64,000 nt of DNA from the NCBI GenBank assembly GCA_963697565.1, contig CAVOOM010000008.1, forward strand, positions 125,970 to 189,969, in the 5' to 3' direction. Position numbers and translations under genes: made by a program. The stretch is from an uncultured Actinomycetota bacterium. GTDB taxonomy: Bacteria; Actinomycetota; Actinomycetes; CAVWCF01. The notes beneath the pieces are model-generated. The model had not been told where the DNA came from. It saw nothing but the letters and a program-made list of their open reading frames with translations, and did not search any database. Positions 63,274 to 64,000 of the stretch are shown piece by piece; the first letter of the stretch is position 1; the number at the start of each line of letters is the position of its first letter.

Positions 63274-64000
63274 GTGACAGCCGTGCCGTTTGACGTCTCG
63301 CTCCAGGCCATGGCCTCGGGCGAGCGGCCCTTCGCTCCGCGCAGCCATGGCCTCGTCGTCGTGGTGGCCGCGCTGGCGGTCGTCTTCGTGCTCGGGTTCG
63401 CCGTTGGCGGCACGGCCCGGACCGCGGCCCTCGTCGACCCCGGCGCCGCTCGGCTGTCGGCCCTCGCGGTCAGCCCGGTCTCGGCCGTCGAGTCGGCGGT
63501 CGACACCTCGACGGCAACCCGCGAGTCCGACCTCGCGCTCGCCGCGGCGACGGCGGCCCCCGCGGCCGCCGTGGTCCCCGCGGCCTCGGCCGGGTCGGCC
63601 GTCGTCGAGGGGGGCACCGCAGGCCCCCTGGAGAGCGGCGCCGAGTCGGCGGCCATGGCCACGCCGCCGCCGGGCTCAGGGGAGGGGCGGCGGATCGTCT
63701 ACAGCCAGTCGACGATGCACGTGTGGCTCGTCGAAGCTGACGGCACGGTCGCCCGCGAGTACCCGATCATCGGGCGCCGCGGACTGCCGAAGCCCGGCGC
63801 CTACGCCGTCTACTCGAAGTCCGAGCAGTCGGTGAGCCCGAAGTACGGCCTCACGTTCAACTGGATGGTCCGCTTCGCGTACGGCAAGGAGCTGCGCATC
63901 GGCTTCCACGACATCCCGGTGAAGGACGGCGTGCCGATCAGCGACGAGACGCAGATGGGCCTGCCGCTCGGGATGGGCGGCTGCGTGCGGCAGACCGCCG
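63274..64000 (+). CDS. L,D-transpeptidase (YkuD) family protein, truncated by the window end
   Basis: AGGAGG RBS before GTG; TM segment; RIVYS...HVWLVE...PGAYAVYSK...WMVRF...IGFHDIP...GGCVRQ. Confidence 0.8.
   Translation, partial: MTAVPFDVSLQAMASGERPFAPRSHGLVVVVAALAVVFVLGFAVGGTARTAALVDPGAARLSALAVSPVSAVESAVDTSTATRESDLALAAATAAPAAAVVPAASAGSAVVEGGTAGPLESGAESAAMATPPPGSGEGRRIVYSQSTMHVWLVEADGTVAREYPIIGRRGLPKPGAYAVYSKSEQSVSPKYGLTFNWMVRFAYGKELRIGFHDIPVKDGVPISDETQMGLPLGMGGCVRQTA

Overview
A high-GC actinobacterial chromosomal segment. About 15 genes carry single-base frameshifts, a pattern typical of an unpolished long-read assembly or MAG. The backbone follows the conserved actinobacterial gene order as I recall it: typA - S9 peptidase - mshB - VanW - GNAT - fdxA - dapC - dapD/dapE - LOG - folP - DivIVA-domain - tag - DUF3117 - O-methyltransferase - htrA - tatB - mrp - DUF1003 - MgtE-N - CitE-like - DUF6758 - PHP - alpha/beta hydrolase - ParA. 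Several accessory blocks sit in this backbone. (i) The 3' end of a large acyl-CoA carboxylase, an Sfp-type PPTase, an MFS-cNMP-patatin fusion and a DUF169-PCP_red fusion (1-7.6 kb). (ii) An atypical FtsH paralogue followed by a compact Wsp/Chp-like chemosensory operon (cheW, polytopic MCP, hybrid cheA-REC, PilH-like REC-GAF) with no cheR, cheB or enzymatic output (14.5-21.8 kb); this is the best candidate for an undescribed system. (iii) An orphan PilB/GspE ATPase with an intact MshEN c-di-GMP motif (43.3-45 kb). (iv) A frameshift-rich gad / Ntn-hydrolase / F420-enzyme block (47-51.5 kb). Non-coding signals include tandem RosR-like palindromic operators before yceI and a perfect palindrome forming back-to-back -10 elements between dapD and dapE. 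I saw no rRNA, tRNA, CRISPR array or transposase. All calls come from motif recognition, not database searches.
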